NCBI GenBank assembly: GCA_028693815.1
Contig: JAQUUP010000010.1
Span: 1 to 62,748 of the forward strand
Source: Candidatus Omnitrophota bacterium
GTDB taxonomy: Bacteria > Omnitrophota > Gorgyraeia > Zapsychrales > Aceulaceae
DNA: 62,748 nt
Direction of reading: 5' to 3'
The notes below the pieces were generated by a model. That model was not told the origin of the DNA, ran no database searches, and worked only from the letters and a program-made list of their open reading frames with translations. Positions 1-10,610 of the stretch are shown piece by piece. A program made the translations under genes and the position numbers. Position 1 is the stretch's first letter, and every line of letters begins with the position of its first letter.

Positions 1-1
1 T

Positions 2-100
2 CGGATGGTAAGAATTAAAAAGACAACATTAGGACAAGACGCGGGTATTATTGGTTCGCAGGTTTTGGTTTTAGAGATGCTAGGAGCGCACCAAGCATAA
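2..100 (+). CDS. 3' end of a truncated upstream gene; the tail resembles a ROK-family sugar kinase/regulator
   Basis: Frame 2 is open from the window edge to TAA 98-100 and reads ...KTTLGQDAGIIGSQVLVLEMLGAHQA*. The LGxDAGxxG tail is ROK-like, but only 32 codons are visible. Confidence 0.3.
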   Translation, partial: RMVRIKKTTLGQDAGIIGSQVLVLEMLGAHQA

Positions 101-104
101 AAAT

Positions 105-2408
105 ATGAGAAACACAATTCTAAACTTTATTATTTTCTTAACGTTGATTGGATGCTTGTGCGGAGCATTTTGTGTTAATGCGATTGCTCAAGAGAAGCAA
201 AGTGTCCCTGATTCTGTTGTGTTAGATAGCGTTGATTTGAATGAAGGGATAATCGAGAAGGATGTTAATGAAGAAAAAACAGAGCAAGTATTTGAGGAGC
301 CGAAAGAAGAAATTCTTGTGAAAGAAACAGTCAAAGAGACAGAGCCTGATTCTGAATCTGGTTTTGACGATCAGGTGATTAATCCTGTTGAAATTGATGG
401 CGACAATGTTGAGCTTATGCAGGATGAGAATAAAGTTGTTGTTGATGGCAATGTTTCGATGGTTAAAGGCGATACTCGTTTAACCTGTGATCGCGTTGAA
501 TATTATCATAAGGATAAAAAAGCTTTTGCTCAGGGCAATGTCGTTTTATCTAATCCTAAGGGTCAAATATCTGGGGAGAATTTGATTTTTAATTTTGACA
601 CAATGACCGGAGAGTTTTCTGAAGCAAAGATTATCTCTGCTCCTTATTATGGACGAGGAGAAAAGATTTCTAAAGTTGGCGAAAATCACATGGTTATGAC
701 ACAAGGATATATTACAACATGTGATTTGGACAAGCCGCACTATAAAATGAAAGCTAAAAGGATTGATGTTTATCCAGGAGAAAAGGCTCAGGCGCGTAGT
801 CTTCGTATGATTATTGGCAAGCTTCCAATCGTTTATTTTCCACAGTTTACCCAGGTGCTTAACGATACAGAGCCTCGCGTGGTATATACGCCAGGCTATG
901 ATAAAGATTGGGGTATTTTTCTTTTGAGCGCGTGGAGATATTATTTCAATGAGAATTTTAAAGGTAATATTCATTTAGATATTAGGGAGAAAAAAGATTT
1001 TGCCTCTGGTTTTGATGTGGATTACAAGGTGCCTGGTTATGGCGAGGGGTTGATTAAGACATATTATATGAATGAGCGGAATATTACTTCTGATCGTTTT
1101 TGGGATGATCGACTTGATCCAACAGTGGAGAGAGAACGGTTTAAAGCAGAATGGCGTCATAAGTGGCGAATTGATGAGACAAGCAATCTTGTGTTGCAGT
1201 ATTATAAATTAAGCGATAATGAATTCTTAAAAGATTATTTCTCGCGAGAATATGATAAGGATCCTAATCCGGAAACATATTTCTTGTTTACAAAGAATTT
1301 GAATAAGGGCATTTTTAGTTTTCGTGTAGATAAAAGAGTGAATCGATTTGTTTCAAGCGTTGAGCGTCTTCCAGAAATTGGATACGACATGACTAATCAA
1401 GAAGTCGGGAATACAGGTTTATATTTCCAAAGTCGAAATTTATTTTCTAATTTGTCTTATCCAGAAGCCTCGCCATCGGATGTAAGAAAAGATACAATCA
1501 GAATTGATTCTGTTAATTCGCTTTCTCTTCCTAGAAAGATTGGATTTCTTGATTTTACACCGTCGATTGGCCAGAGAGAGACATTTTATACTAAAACCAA
1601 AGATGATTCGCAGAGAAATATTGTTCGTAGTATTTTTGAAGCGGGAGCAACGCTAAGTACAAAGTTTTATAAAACGTTTGATGTTGAAGCTGATGTCTGG
1701 GGTGTGGAGATTGATCGGTTAAGGCATATTATTACGCCAACAGTTGCTTATTTATACCGCAATGAGCCTTCTTTTCCGGGTTCCAAATTGAATGTTTTTG
1801 ATGCAGGAATCGATTCTATTGAGAGTGCACATAAGATAGAGTTTTCTCTAGAGAACAAGTTGCAAACAAAGCGTGATGGACAGAATGTTGATCTTTTGCG
1901 TTTTATTACATCAACAGACTTTCTTCTCAAGGAGGATCCTGGAAGCGGAAGTTTTAACAATATCAAGACGGACCTTGAATTTCGTCCAACGGAATGGTTA
2001 ACATTTTATAGTGATTCCGATTACGATGTCCAGGAAGAACAGATTGTTTCAAGCAATTTTGAGATTTATGTTAATTCAGGGGATAAATGGTCGTTTGGTT
2101 TAGGTAAGCGGTATCATGTTGATGTTGATGACCAAATCACAGCACAGCTGCAATATGTGATTAATCCAAAATGGAGATTTAGAGTATACGAGCGATTTGA
2201 TGTTGGCAGCGGTACTCAAAAAGAACAAGAATATACTGTTACGCGAGACTTGCATTGCTGGGAGATGGACATTAGCTTTAATGAAACAAGGGACCAGGGA
2301 AGTGAAATTTGGATGGTTTTCCGGTTAAAAGCGTTTCCTGATATGAGTATTGATATTATGAGCACAGGGTTTAATGAAAGAAAAGTAGGGTCTGAAAGAA
2401 ATTTGTAA
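105..2408 (+). CDS. lptD: LPS-assembly outer membrane protein LptD (OstA/Imp family)
   Basis: 767-aa ORF with an N-terminal signal peptide and an OstA-like N-domain (VELMQDENKVVVDGNVSMVKGDTRLTCDRVEYY...AQGNVVLSNPKGQISGENLIFNFDT). A long beta-rich C-terminal barrel region follows. Size and layout fit LptD. Confidence 0.8.
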   Translation: MRNTILNFIIFLTLIGCLCGAFCVNAIAQEKQSVPDSVVLDSVDLNEGIIEKDVNEEKTEQVFEEPKEEILVKETVKETEPDSESGFDDQVINPVEIDGDNVELMQDENKVVVDGNVSMVKGDTRLTCDRVEYYHKDKKAFAQGNVVLSNPKGQISGENLIFNFDTMTGEFSEAKIISAPYYGRGEKISKVGENHMVMTQGYITTCDLDKPHYKMKAKRIDVYPGEKAQARSLRMIIGKLPIVYFPQFTQVLNDTEPRVVYTPGYDKDWGIFLLSAWRYYFNENFKGNIHLDIREKKDFASGFDVDYKVPGYGEGLIKTYYMNERNITSDRFWDDRLDPTVERERFKAEWRHKWRIDETSNLVLQYYKLSDNEFLKDYFSREYDKDPNPETYFLFTKNLNKGIFSFRVDKRVNRFVSSVERLPEIGYDMTNQEVGNTGLYFQSRNLFSNLSYPEASPSDVRKDTIRIDSVNSLSLPRKIGFLDFTPSIGQRETFYTKTKDDSQRNIVRSIFEAGATLSTKFYKTFDVEADVWGVEIDRLRHIITPTVAYLYRNEPSFPGSKLNVFDAGIDSIESAHKIEFSLENKLQTKRDGQNVDLLRFITSTDFLLKEDPGSGSFNNIKTDLEFRPTEWLTFYSDSDYDVQEEQIVSSNFEIYVNSGDKWSFGLGKRYHVDVDDQITAQLQYVINPKWRFRVYERFDVGSGTQKEQEYTVTRDLHCWEMDISFNETRDQGSEIWMVFRLKAFPDMSIDIMSTGFNERKVGSERNL

Positions 2409-2413
2409 ATTAG

Positions 2414-3754
2414 ATGGGAGACTTCAAGAAGATGAATATTGCAATTATTGGCTCTGGATACGTTGGTCTTGTGACAGGTCTTTGTTTGGCGGATATTGGA
2501 CACAAGGTTATTTGTGTTGATAGCGATATTTCGAAGATTAAGAAATTAAAGAAATTAGAGCTTCCGATTTATGAGCCGGGTCTCGAAGAGATCCTAAAGC
2601 GTAACGTTAAAAAGAAACGATTAAGTTTTTCATCTTCTGTAACGGATGCAGCCAAGAAGTCAGAAGTTATTTTTATTGCGGTTGGAACGCCTTCAAAGAA
2701 GAATGGGGATGCTGATTTAACGTATGTCGAGGGAGCTGCACGGGATATTGCCAAGGGCATGGATTCTTATAAACTGATTGTGGAAAAGTCGACTGTGCCA
2801 GCGCATACGGGAAAGAAAGTTCAGCATGCCATAAGGTTGACTCTTGATCAGAAATATAAGAATAAGAAAAATAAGAGCATTGATTTTGATGTTGCCTCTA
2901 ATCCAGAATTCTTAAGAGAAGGATCTGCAGTTTCTGATTTTATGAATCCAGATCGGATTGTTATTGGTGCTGAAACTAAAAAAGCTAAAGAAATGTTGAG
3001 CGAAGTTTATAAGCCTCTGAAAGCTAGACTCATTGTGACAGATGTTAATTCTGCTGAATTAATCAAACATGCTTCTAATTCATTCTTGGCGACAAAAATT
3101 TCTTTTGCTAATGCTGTTTCTCAAATTTGCGATAAAGTAGGGGCTGATGTACTTAAGGTTGTCGAGGGCATGGGCCTTGATAGACGAATTGGCCGAGATT
3201 TTTTGTCCGCTGGCGTAGGGTACGGTGGTAGCTGTTTTCCAAAGGACGTGGATGCTTTTGTTCGCTTAAGTGAAAAAGTCGGGTATGATTTTGCTCTTTT
3301 AAAAGAGGTCCGTCAGATCAATGAATCTCAGAAAAAATCTTTTTCAAGGTTGATTGAAGATCATATGTGGATTTTAAAGAATAAAACGATCGGTGTTTTA
3401 GGGCTTGCATTTAAGCCAAATACAGATGATATGCGAAGTGCGCCATCGCTTGATATTATTCGGGATTTACAAAAAGAAGGGGCCAAAATCAAAGCCTACG
3501 ATCCTCAAGCAATGGAGAAATCAAAGAAAATATTTTCTAATGTCAAATTTTGTAAAGATGCTTATGAAGTCGCCAAGGGATCTGATTGTCTTGTTGTTTT
3601 GACGGAGTGGGATGAATTTACAAAGATTAATTTTAGAAAAATTCGTCAACTAATGAGCAATCCTTTGATATTTGATGGCCGCAATATGTATAACAAGGAA
3701 CAGATCAAAAAGTTGGGATTTGAGTATTACGGGATTGGGACAAATACTGTTTAG
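2414..3754 (+). CDS. ugd: UDP-glucose 6-dehydrogenase
   Basis: MNIAIIGSGYVGLVTGLCLADIGHKVICVD Rossmann start, GGSCFPKDV catalytic Cys motif, AFKPNTDDMRSAP. The real start may be ATG 2432 (MNIAIIG). Confidence 0.9.
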   Translation: MGDFKKMNIAIIGSGYVGLVTGLCLADIGHKVICVDSDISKIKKLKKLELPIYEPGLEEILKRNVKKKRLSFSSSVTDAAKKSEVIFIAVGTPSKKNGDADLTYVEGAARDIAKGMDSYKLIVEKSTVPAHTGKKVQHAIRLTLDQKYKNKKNKSIDFDVASNPEFLREGSAVSDFMNPDRIVIGAETKKAKEMLSEVYKPLKARLIVTDVNSAELIKHASNSFLATKISFANAVSQICDKVGADVLKVVEGMGLDRRIGRDFLSAGVGYGGSCFPKDVDAFVRLSEKVGYDFALLKEVRQINESQKKSFSRLIEDHMWILKNKTIGVLGLAFKPNTDDMRSAPSLDIIRDLQKEGAKIKAYDPQAMEKSKKIFSNVKFCKDAYEVAKGSDCLVVLTEWDEFTKINFRKIRQLMSNPLIFDGRNMYNKEQIKKLGFEYYGIGTNTV

Positions 3755-3768
3755 AAAAAAGGATATAA

Positions 3769-4701
3769 ATGCGCATTGTTGTGACAGGTGGAGCTGGATT
3801 TATTGGCTCAAATTTTATTCATCATATTCTAAAGAAATATCCAAATTATAAGATTGTTAATATTGACAACCTTACTTATGCAGGGAATTTGCATAATCTT
3901 AAAGATGTTGAAAAGAATAAGAATTATAAATTTGTAAAAGCTGATATTTGTGACCGTAAAAAAATAGATCCATTGATCAAGGGATGTGATTGGATTATCC
4001 ATTTTGCTGCTGAATCCCACGTTGATCGCTCTATTGAAAGTGCAGATATTTTTACCCTAACTAATGTTTTGGGGACTCAGGTGCTCTTGGATGCGGCTGT
4101 GCGCCATCGGGTAAAAAAGTTTATTCATATTAGTACTGATGAAGTTTATGGGAGTCGAAAAAAAGGATTTTTTAAGGAAACAGACATCCTTAATCCCAGT
4201 AGTCCTTATGCGGCAAGCAAGGCAGCATCCGATTTGATGGTTATGGCGTATCGCACAACGTATGGTCTTCCCGTGATCATTACGAGGAGTTCTAATAATT
4301 TTGGCCCGCGTCAATTTCCTGAGAAAATCATTCCTTTATTTATTACGCGCTTGATGGAGAATAAAAAAGTTCCTCTTTATGCTAAAGGCGAAAATGTGCG
4401 TGATTGGATTTTTGTTGAAGACAATTGCCGTGCCGTTGATTTGGTTGCTCATAAAGGAAAAATAGGGGAGATTTATAATATTTGTGCAAAGAATCACTTA
4501 AGTAATATTCAGCTTACAAAAAAGATTTTAAAACGAATGAAGAAGCCAGAATCTATGATCAAGAATGTCAAAGACCGGTTAGGTCATGATTTTCGTTACG
4601 CAATTGATAATAAAAAATTGAGTCAGCTAGGTTTTACGCCAAAATATTCTCTAGAACAGGCCCTTGATTTGACAGTTAAATGGTATGCAGGCAAGTCATG
4701 A
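3769..4701 (+). CDS. rfbB: dTDP-glucose 4,6-dehydratase
   Basis: [50 protein letters not shown] (YxxxK). This is the classic RmlB pattern. Confidence 0.9.
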   Translation: MRIVVTGGAGFIGSNFIHHILKKYPNYKIVNIDNLTYAGNLHNLKDVEKNKNYKFVKADICDRKKIDPLIKGCDWIIHFAAESHVDRSIESADIFTLTNVLGTQVLLDAAVRHRVKKFIHISTDEVYGSRKKGFFKETDILNPSSPYAASKAASDLMVMAYRTTYGLPVIITRSSNNFGPRQFPEKIIPLFITRLMENKKVPLYAKGENVRDWIFVEDNCRAVDLVAHKGKIGEIYNICAKNHLSNIQLTKKILKRMKKPESMIKNVKDRLGHDFRYAIDNKKLSQLGFTPKYSLEQALDLTVKWYAGKS

Positions 4702-5996
4702 AAGAATTAAAACAAAAGATTTTATCAAAAAAAGCTAAAATTGGCGTAATTGGATTAGGTTATGTGGGATTGCCTTTGGCTGTTAGTTTTGCACGCGTTG
4801 GTTTTACTGTTTTAGGATTAGACAAAAACAAAGCCCGTGTTTCTCGTGTGAAGGGTGGAAGAAACTACAACGAAGATGTTTCCGTTAAGGAGATTTCAGG
4901 GCTTGTACGCAAAAAGAAATTTATTGTTTCATCAGATCTTTCGTTGCTTTCAAAGGTGGATGTTATTTTTATATGTGTTCCGACACCGCTGAAGCGTAAA
5001 TATACCCCGGACATTTCTTATATCTTAAGCTCAGTTAAAACTATTCAGTTCTATATTAAGAAGGGAACGCTTGTTATTTTAGAAAGTACAACATATCCAG
5101 GCACAACTGAAGAATTGATTTTACCAAAGCTTGAAAAAGGCGGATTTAAAGTAGGAAAAGATTTTTATTTGGCTTTTTCTCCTGAACGCATTGATCCAGG
5201 CAACAAGAAATATCCCGTTACGAAAATTCCAAAAATAGTTGGCGGCGTTGATAAAGCTTCAGGAATACTCTCTAAGATGCTATATCAGACAATTATTAAA
5301 AGTGTTCATCTTGTTTCTTCTCCAAAGGCAGCGGAAATGGTTAAGCTTTTAGAGAATTCATTTCGGTTAGTCAATATTAGTTGGGTTAATGAAGTTGCTA
5401 TGATGTGTCACAAAATGAATGTGGATATTTGGGAAGTTATTGATGGGGCAAAGACAAAGCCTTTTGGTTTTATGCCGTTTTATCCAAGCCTTGGGGTTGG
5501 CGGTCATTGTATTCCAGACGACCCTCTTTATTTGTATTGGAAAGCAAAACATCACGGTGTTAGCTCAAAGTTTATTAAGCTCTCGGCGGATACGAATGAT
5601 AAGGTTCCCGAATATGTGCTTAATCGCATGAAGGTTTTTTTGAAGGAAAATAAAAGGCCTTCTATGAAATCAAAAATTTTAGTTGTTGGAGTAACGTACA
5701 AAAAAGATGTTAAGGATTTGCGTCGATCGCCAGCAATAAAGTTTTTAGAATTGCTTAAAAAAGAAGAATACAAAGTTAGCTATTCTGATCCTTTAATTCC
5801 TTACTTGGAGATTGGGTCATTACATTTAAAATCAGAATATTTAAGTGAGAAAATATTAAAATTAGCTGATTGTGTGATTATTGCAACTGAACACACGGGT
5901 GTTGATTATAAGAAAATTAAAACGCATGCTAATCTTATTTTTGATTTATGTAATGTTTATAAAGGAAAAAGAAATTCTAAGTTAATGATTTTATAG
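4698..5996 (+). CDS. UDP-N-acetyl-hexosamine 6-dehydrogenase (WbpA/WecC/TviB-type nucleotide-sugar dehydrogenase)
   Basis: [40 protein letters not shown] catalytic Cys, [17 protein letters not shown]. The start is taken at MKELKQK (the track ORF begins at 4680). Confidence 0.8.
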   Translation: MKELKQKILSKKAKIGVIGLGYVGLPLAVSFARVGFTVLGLDKNKARVSRVKGGRNYNEDVSVKEISGLVRKKKFIVSSDLSLLSKVDVIFICVPTPLKRKYTPDISYILSSVKTIQFYIKKGTLVILESTTYPGTTEELILPKLEKGGFKVGKDFYLAFSPERIDPGNKKYPVTKIPKIVGGVDKASGILSKMLYQTIIKSVHLVSSPKAAEMVKLLENSFRLVNISWVNEVAMMCHKMNVDIWEVIDGAKTKPFGFMPFYPSLGVGGHCIPDDPLYLYWKAKHHGVSSKFIKLSADTNDKVPEYVLNRMKVFLKENKRPSMKSKILVVGVTYKKDVKDLRRSPAIKFLELLKKEEYKVSYSDPLIPYLEIGSLHLKSEYLSEKILKLADCVIIATEHTGVDYKKIKTHANLIFDLCNVYKGKRNSKLMIL

Positions 5997-6006
5997 TGGA
6001 GAAAGC

Positions 6007-6951
6007 ATGGCTCAAAGAAAGAAAATATGTTTGATTGCAGGCGGCGCTGGATTTATTGGAAGCCATTTGTGCGACCGCATGATTCAAGACGGATACAAGG
6101 TTATTTGTGTTGATAATTTGATTACGGGAAGCCAAAGAAATATTGCTCATCTTTTAGAAAATAAAGATTTTTCTTTTTTCAAACAAGATATTTCTGAGGA
6201 ATTTGTGATAACTGGACCGATTGATTATGTTTTGCAGTTTGCTTCTCCGGCAAGTCCTATTGATTATTTAAAATATCCAATTGAGACATTAAAAGTTGGG
6301 TCTTTTGGAACATATCATATGCTTGAGCTAGCTAAAAAAAAGAAAGCTAGATTCTTTTTAGCGTCGACTTCTGAAGTTTATGGTGATCCTTTGATTCATC
6401 CTCAGGTTGAAAGTTATTGGGGCAATGTTAACCCCATTGGCATTCGAAGCGTTTATGATGAGGCCAAACGTTTTGCAGAGGCAATGACTATGGCATATCA
6501 GAGAGAGCATAAAATAGACACGCGTATTGTTCGTATTTTTAATACATATGGGCCGCGCATGCAAACGTTAGACGGACGAGTTGTTCCAAATTTTATTTAT
6601 CAGCTTTTGCATAAAAAACCGCTTACGGTTTATGGAACAGGGAAACAAACGCGGTCTTTTTGTTATGTTGATGATTTAGTTGAAGGGATTGTTCGACTTC
6701 TTCGCTCGAGCGTTAAAACACCTGTTAACTTGGGAAATCCTTGTGAATTTACGATGTTAGAGCTGGCTCAGATTATTCAGAAAGTAGCAAAGACAAAATG
6801 TCGCATTATTAGATGTCCTTTGCCAAAAGATGATCCTAAGCAGCGAAAACCAAACATTTCGCTTGCAAAAGAAAAACTAAAGTGGAAGCCAGTCGTTGAT
6901 TTAAAAGAAGGATTGTCTCGAACCATTACATGGTTTGAGAAGCAAATGTAA
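6007..6951 (+). CDS. uxs: UDP-glucuronate decarboxylase (UDP-xylose synthase)
   Basis: [68 protein letters not shown]. Typical UXS/ArnA-C family. Confidence 0.85.
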   Translation: MAQRKKICLIAGGAGFIGSHLCDRMIQDGYKVICVDNLITGSQRNIAHLLENKDFSFFKQDISEEFVITGPIDYVLQFASPASPIDYLKYPIETLKVGSFGTYHMLELAKKKKARFFLASTSEVYGDPLIHPQVESYWGNVNPIGIRSVYDEAKRFAEAMTMAYQREHKIDTRIVRIFNTYGPRMQTLDGRVVPNFIYQLLHKKPLTVYGTGKQTRSFCYVDDLVEGIVRLLRSSVKTPVNLGNPCEFTMLELAQIIQKVAKTKCRIIRCPLPKDDPKQRKPNISLAKEKLKWKPVVDLKEGLSRTITWFEKQM

Positions 6952-6955
6952 TTAT

Positions 6956-7900
6956 ATGAATGAGAATTCTAAGATTTTAGTTGTTGGACACAATGATGGA
7001 ATTGAAAAATCATTGTTCGAATATTTTTCTAACAATAATTTTTCTGGTGTTTTTTCGTCATCTCAAATAGGGCTGGACACAACAATACAAAGTTCTGTGT
7101 ATCAATTTTTTTCAGAAGTTGAGCCCGAATATGTTTTTTTGGGATCTGTTTGTTCTGGCGGCATTGAGGCAAACAAAAACAATCCTGCGGATTTCTTTTA
7201 TAAGAATTCTGAAAGCCAGAACAATGTGGTGTATGCTGCGCAGAAGTTTGGTGTAAAGAAATTAATGTATTTTGCAAGTTCTTGTGTTTATCCCAAGGAT
7301 TGTCCTCAGCCGATGAAAGAGGAATATTTAACGACAGGGCCGATGGAACCAACAAGCGTTGCGTATTCAACGGCTAAGCTTGCGGGCATAAAATTATGTG
7401 AAAGTTTTCGCGCGCAGTACGGGCTTAACGTTATTGTTGTAATTCCAGCAACTGTTTATGGGCCTGGATGCGATGTTGATTTATCAACGGCTCATGTTAT
7501 TGGTGCTTTGATTCATAAATTTTATGAGGCAAAAGAAAAAGATCAAAAAGAAGTGATTGTTTGGGGAACAGGCAATGCTAGAAGAGAATTTATTTTTGCT
7601 GACGATTTTGTTCGTGCTTGTCTTACTTTAATGAAAAGATATGACAGCGCGCCGATTATTCATATTGGGTCAGGGGAAGATGTTTCGATTCGTGACTTAG
7701 CTTTAATGATTAAGAAAGTTTGTGGGTTTAATGGAGAAGTTGTTTTTGATGCAGCAAAGCCAGAAGGTGTGATGAAAAAACTTTTAGACAATACTAAAAT
7801 TTTAGATTTTGGATGGAGTCCAGAAGTTACGATAGAAGAGGGTATTAAAAAAACTTTTCAGTGGTATGAAAATTTAAGAAAAGCGGAGATGATAACATGA
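6956..7900 (+). CDS. GDP-L-fucose synthase family 3,5-epimerase/4-reductase (Fcl/WcaG-like)
   Basis: KILVVGHNDGIEKSL (compare AGHRGMVGSA in E. coli Fcl), ASSCVYPKDCPQPMKEEYLTTGPMEPTSVAYSTAKLAG, VIPATVYGP. No gmd gene is present in the window. The track ORF starts at 6935; ATG 6956 avoids overlap with uxs. Confidence 0.7.
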   Translation: MNENSKILVVGHNDGIEKSLFEYFSNNNFSGVFSSSQIGLDTTIQSSVYQFFSEVEPEYVFLGSVCSGGIEANKNNPADFFYKNSESQNNVVYAAQKFGVKKLMYFASSCVYPKDCPQPMKEEYLTTGPMEPTSVAYSTAKLAGIKLCESFRAQYGLNVIVVIPATVYGPGCDVDLSTAHVIGALIHKFYEAKEKDQKEVIVWGTGNARREFIFADDFVRACLTLMKRYDSAPIIHIGSGEDVSIRDLALMIKKVCGFNGEVVFDAAKPEGVMKKLLDNTKILDFGWSPEVTIEEGIKKTFQWYENLRKAEMIT

Positions 7901-8829
7901 AAATTTTAGTAACCGGTGGAGCTGGGTATATAGGGTCGATCTTAGTTCCGGAACTTCTTAAAAATGGCCATGAGGTAAGCGTTGTCGATAATTTTATGTA
8001 CAATCAAAATTCATTGCTGGATTGTTGTTTGAATAAGAAATTAAAGATTGTGCGTGGGGATTGTCGAAATAAAACCATTATAGAAAAAGAGCTAAAGCAA
8101 GCGGATGCGATTTTTCCTTTGGCATGCCTCACGGGAGCACCTCTTTGCAAGCAAGATCCTCTGGCGGCACAATCGGTTATTGTTGATGCTGTAAAAATGA
8201 TTTTAGATTTAAGAAGTCCTGACCAAGTAATTATTTATCCGACGACAAATAGTGGCTATGGTATTGGGCAAAAAGATAATTTTTGTACGGAAGAAACTCC
8301 GTTGAATCCTGTTTCGCTTTACGGAAAATTAAAGTGTGAAGCTGAAAAAATGATTTTAGATAAAGGAAACGGCATCACATTAAGGCTTGCAACTGCTTTT
8401 GGCGCAAGCCCAAGAATGCGTTTGGATCTTTTGGTCAATGATTTTACGTATCGTGCTGTATATGATCGTTGCGTTATTCTGTTTGAAGCTCACTTTAAGA
8501 GAAATTATATTCACGTTAGAGATGCTGCTCAGGCTTTTATGCTAGGACTATGTAATTTTGATCAAATGAAGAATGAGCCATATAACGTCGGATTAAGCGA
8601 TGCGAATTTGAGCAAAAAAGAACTTTGCGAGGAGATTAAAAAACATGTCAAAGAATTCTATTTTTATGAATCTCCTATTGGAGAAGATCCAGATAAGCGT
8701 GATTATGTTGTGAGCAATGAGAAAATAGAAAAAAAAGGCTTTAAGCCAAATGTTTCATTGGCAGACGGTATTGAAGAATTAGTTAAGGCGTATCAAATTA
8801 TTAAGCGTAGCCAATACGCAAATATTTAA
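7897..8829 (+). CDS. NAD-dependent epimerase/dehydratase (extended SDR)
   Basis: MKILVTGGAGYIGSILVPELLKNGHEVSVVDNF, SLYGKLKCEAE (YxxxK). ATGA overlap with the upstream gene. Confidence 0.7.
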   Translation: MKILVTGGAGYIGSILVPELLKNGHEVSVVDNFMYNQNSLLDCCLNKKLKIVRGDCRNKTIIEKELKQADAIFPLACLTGAPLCKQDPLAAQSVIVDAVKMILDLRSPDQVIIYPTTNSGYGIGQKDNFCTEETPLNPVSLYGKLKCEAEKMILDKGNGITLRLATAFGASPRMRLDLLVNDFTYRAVYDRCVILFEAHFKRNYIHVRDAAQAFMLGLCNFDQMKNEPYNVGLSDANLSKKELCEEIKKHVKEFYFYESPIGEDPDKRDYVVSNEKIEKKGFKPNVSLADGIEELVKAYQIIKRSQYANI

Positions 8830-8846
8830 AGTAAAGAGAGGATTTT

Positions 8847-9674
8847 ATGAAAAAACAATTAAAGAAAAAAGCCTGGGATATTCGAAAGCATATTTTGAAT
8901 ATGTGTGTTAAGGCCGAGACAGGTCATGTGACCTCGTCGATGTCTTGTGTTGATATCTTAGTTGCGCTGTATCATGGGTGCATCCTGCGTCATGATCCTA
9001 AGAATCCAGATTGGAGTGATCGAGATCGTTTTATTTTAAGCAAGGGACAGGCTAGTCCTGCGCTTTATACTGTGCTTGCGGATTGTGGATATTTTAATAT
9101 GAAGGAGCTAGATAAATTTGCTCAAAAAGATGGCAACTTTGGTGTTCATCTTCAAAACAGCGTTCCAGGCGTTGAAATTACATGTGGATCTTTAGGGCAA
9201 GGTTTTGGGTTTGCTGCGGGAACGGCGTTGGCAGCTAAGAAAAATAGAGATTTATTTTTAACATTTACACTTTTAGGTGACGGTGAGTGCTACGAAGGAT
9301 CTATTTGGGAAACAGCGATGTTTGCATCGCACAATCATTTAAATAATTTAGTAGCGATTATTGATCGTAATTATTTGTGTGTAACTGATTTTACGGAAAA
9401 TATTGTAAGCCTAGAGCCGATGAATGAACGATGGCGATCTTTTGGTTGGGATGTTGAATGTATTGACGGACATTCAATGGATGATTTGCTTGATGTTTTA
9501 GGACGTGTTCGTTCTCGTCGATCAACGCAACCTTTGCTAATTATCGCAGACACGATCAAAGGAGAAGGCGTCGAATCTTTTTGTTATCAACCCGTGTGTC
9601 ATGGTATTGCTCCAAAAGGAGATGATGCTAAAAAAGCATTAGCCGAACTTGAAAGAAGGTGTAGCTATGAATAA
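8847..9674 (+). CDS. Transketolase, N-terminal (ThDP pyrophosphate-binding) subunit
   Basis: GHVTSSMSCVDILVALY, GSLGQGFGFAAGTALA, LLGDGECYEGSIWE. Typical split-transketolase N half. Confidence 0.85.
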   Translation: MKKQLKKKAWDIRKHILNMCVKAETGHVTSSMSCVDILVALYHGCILRHDPKNPDWSDRDRFILSKGQASPALYTVLADCGYFNMKELDKFAQKDGNFGVHLQNSVPGVEITCGSLGQGFGFAAGTALAAKKNRDLFLTFTLLGDGECYEGSIWETAMFASHNHLNNLVAIIDRNYLCVTDFTENIVSLEPMNERWRSFGWDVECIDGHSMDDLLDVLGRVRSRRSTQPLLIIADTIKGEGVESFCYQPVCHGIAPKGDDAKKALAELERRCSYE

Positions 9675-10596
9675 TATTACTCAACGTGATTCATTCTGGA
9701 ATAAAGTTTATGATTTAGCAAAAGAAAATAAAGACATCATTGTTTTATCTGCAGATATGGGTGCGCCATCTCTGGATAAATTTAGAACAGATTTATCTGC
9801 TCAATTTGTCAATGTTGGCATCGCTGAGCAAAATGCTATTTTGATAGCTTCTGGTCTTGCGAAGGAGGGCAAAAGAGTTTTTGTTTATGCGATCGCTCCT
9901 TTTATTACATTTCGATGTCTCGAGCAGATTCGTGTTAATAATTCAATGATGAAAATTCCAATTACAATTGTTGGGGTTGGTGCTGGTTTTGGATATGAAG
10001 ATTCTGGGCCCACGCATCACATGATAGAAGATATTGCGCTTATGCGTTCTATGCCAGATATCGTGATTAATAGCATCTCGGATAGCACGATGGCTGCGGC
10101 TGTTGCTGAGATGTCGACGCGGATGAAAAAAGCAAACTATGTTCGCTTAGATAGACTTGTTTTGCCAACATTGTATGGTCAAGAGGAAGACTTTTCTAAA
10201 GGTGTCGCAATTTTAAGACCGGGTGATATTTATATTGCAGCGACAGGCAGTATGGTGCATGTTGCGCTTGAAGCAGCAGAAAAGCTTAATAAGAGCGGAG
10301 TTAACGTCGGTGTCGTGGACGTATACACTATTCCTATTAATGAAAAGAATTTTGTTGAAGCTATCGACGGATCTAAGAAGCTAATCGCTCTCGAAGAACA
10401 CTTTGTTTCTGGTGGGTTTGGTGGAGCTATCTGTGAAGTTTTGCAGGATAATGCTGTTACAATTCCTGTGAAACGTATTGGGCTTTCGATGGATCAAGGA
10501 TATTGCTATAAATATGGCGGACGTGATGTCATTCGTCAGCATTATGGCATTGACGCTGACAGTGTTGTGCAAAAAATAAATGAATTCTTAAAATAA
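9667..10596 (+). CDS. Transketolase, C-terminal (pyrimidine-binding) subunit
   Basis: FVNVGIAEQNAILIASGLA, GPTHHMIEDIALMRSMP. ATG 9667 overlaps the upstream stop by 8 nt; the track ORF begins at TTG 9649. Confidence 0.85.
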   Translation: MNNITQRDSFWNKVYDLAKENKDIIVLSADMGAPSLDKFRTDLSAQFVNVGIAEQNAILIASGLAKEGKRVFVYAIAPFITFRCLEQIRVNNSMMKIPITIVGVGAGFGYEDSGPTHHMIEDIALMRSMPDIVINSISDSTMAAAVAEMSTRMKKANYVRLDRLVLPTLYGQEEDFSKGVAILRPGDIYIAATGSMVHVALEAAEKLNKSGVNVGVVDVYTIPINEKNFVEAIDGSKKLIALEEHFVSGGFGGAICEVLQDNAVTIPVKRIGLSMDQGYCYKYGGRDVIRQHYGIDADSVVQKINEFLK

Positions 10597-10610
10597 GTAT
10601 AAGAAATTTA

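Noticed and set aside
546-2503. Several 60-140-aa ORFs on the minus strand inside lptD (546-974, 975-1160, 1748-1966, 2216-2503). Similar antisense or alternative-frame ORFs occur throughout the track, e.g. 22521-22895, 25511-25744, 27608-27829, 29734-30144 and 34486-34794.
   Set aside because: Each is fully embedded in a long, motif-supported CDS on the other strand or frame. They have low-complexity or odd composition and no RBS or recognisable motif, so they are shadow ORFs.
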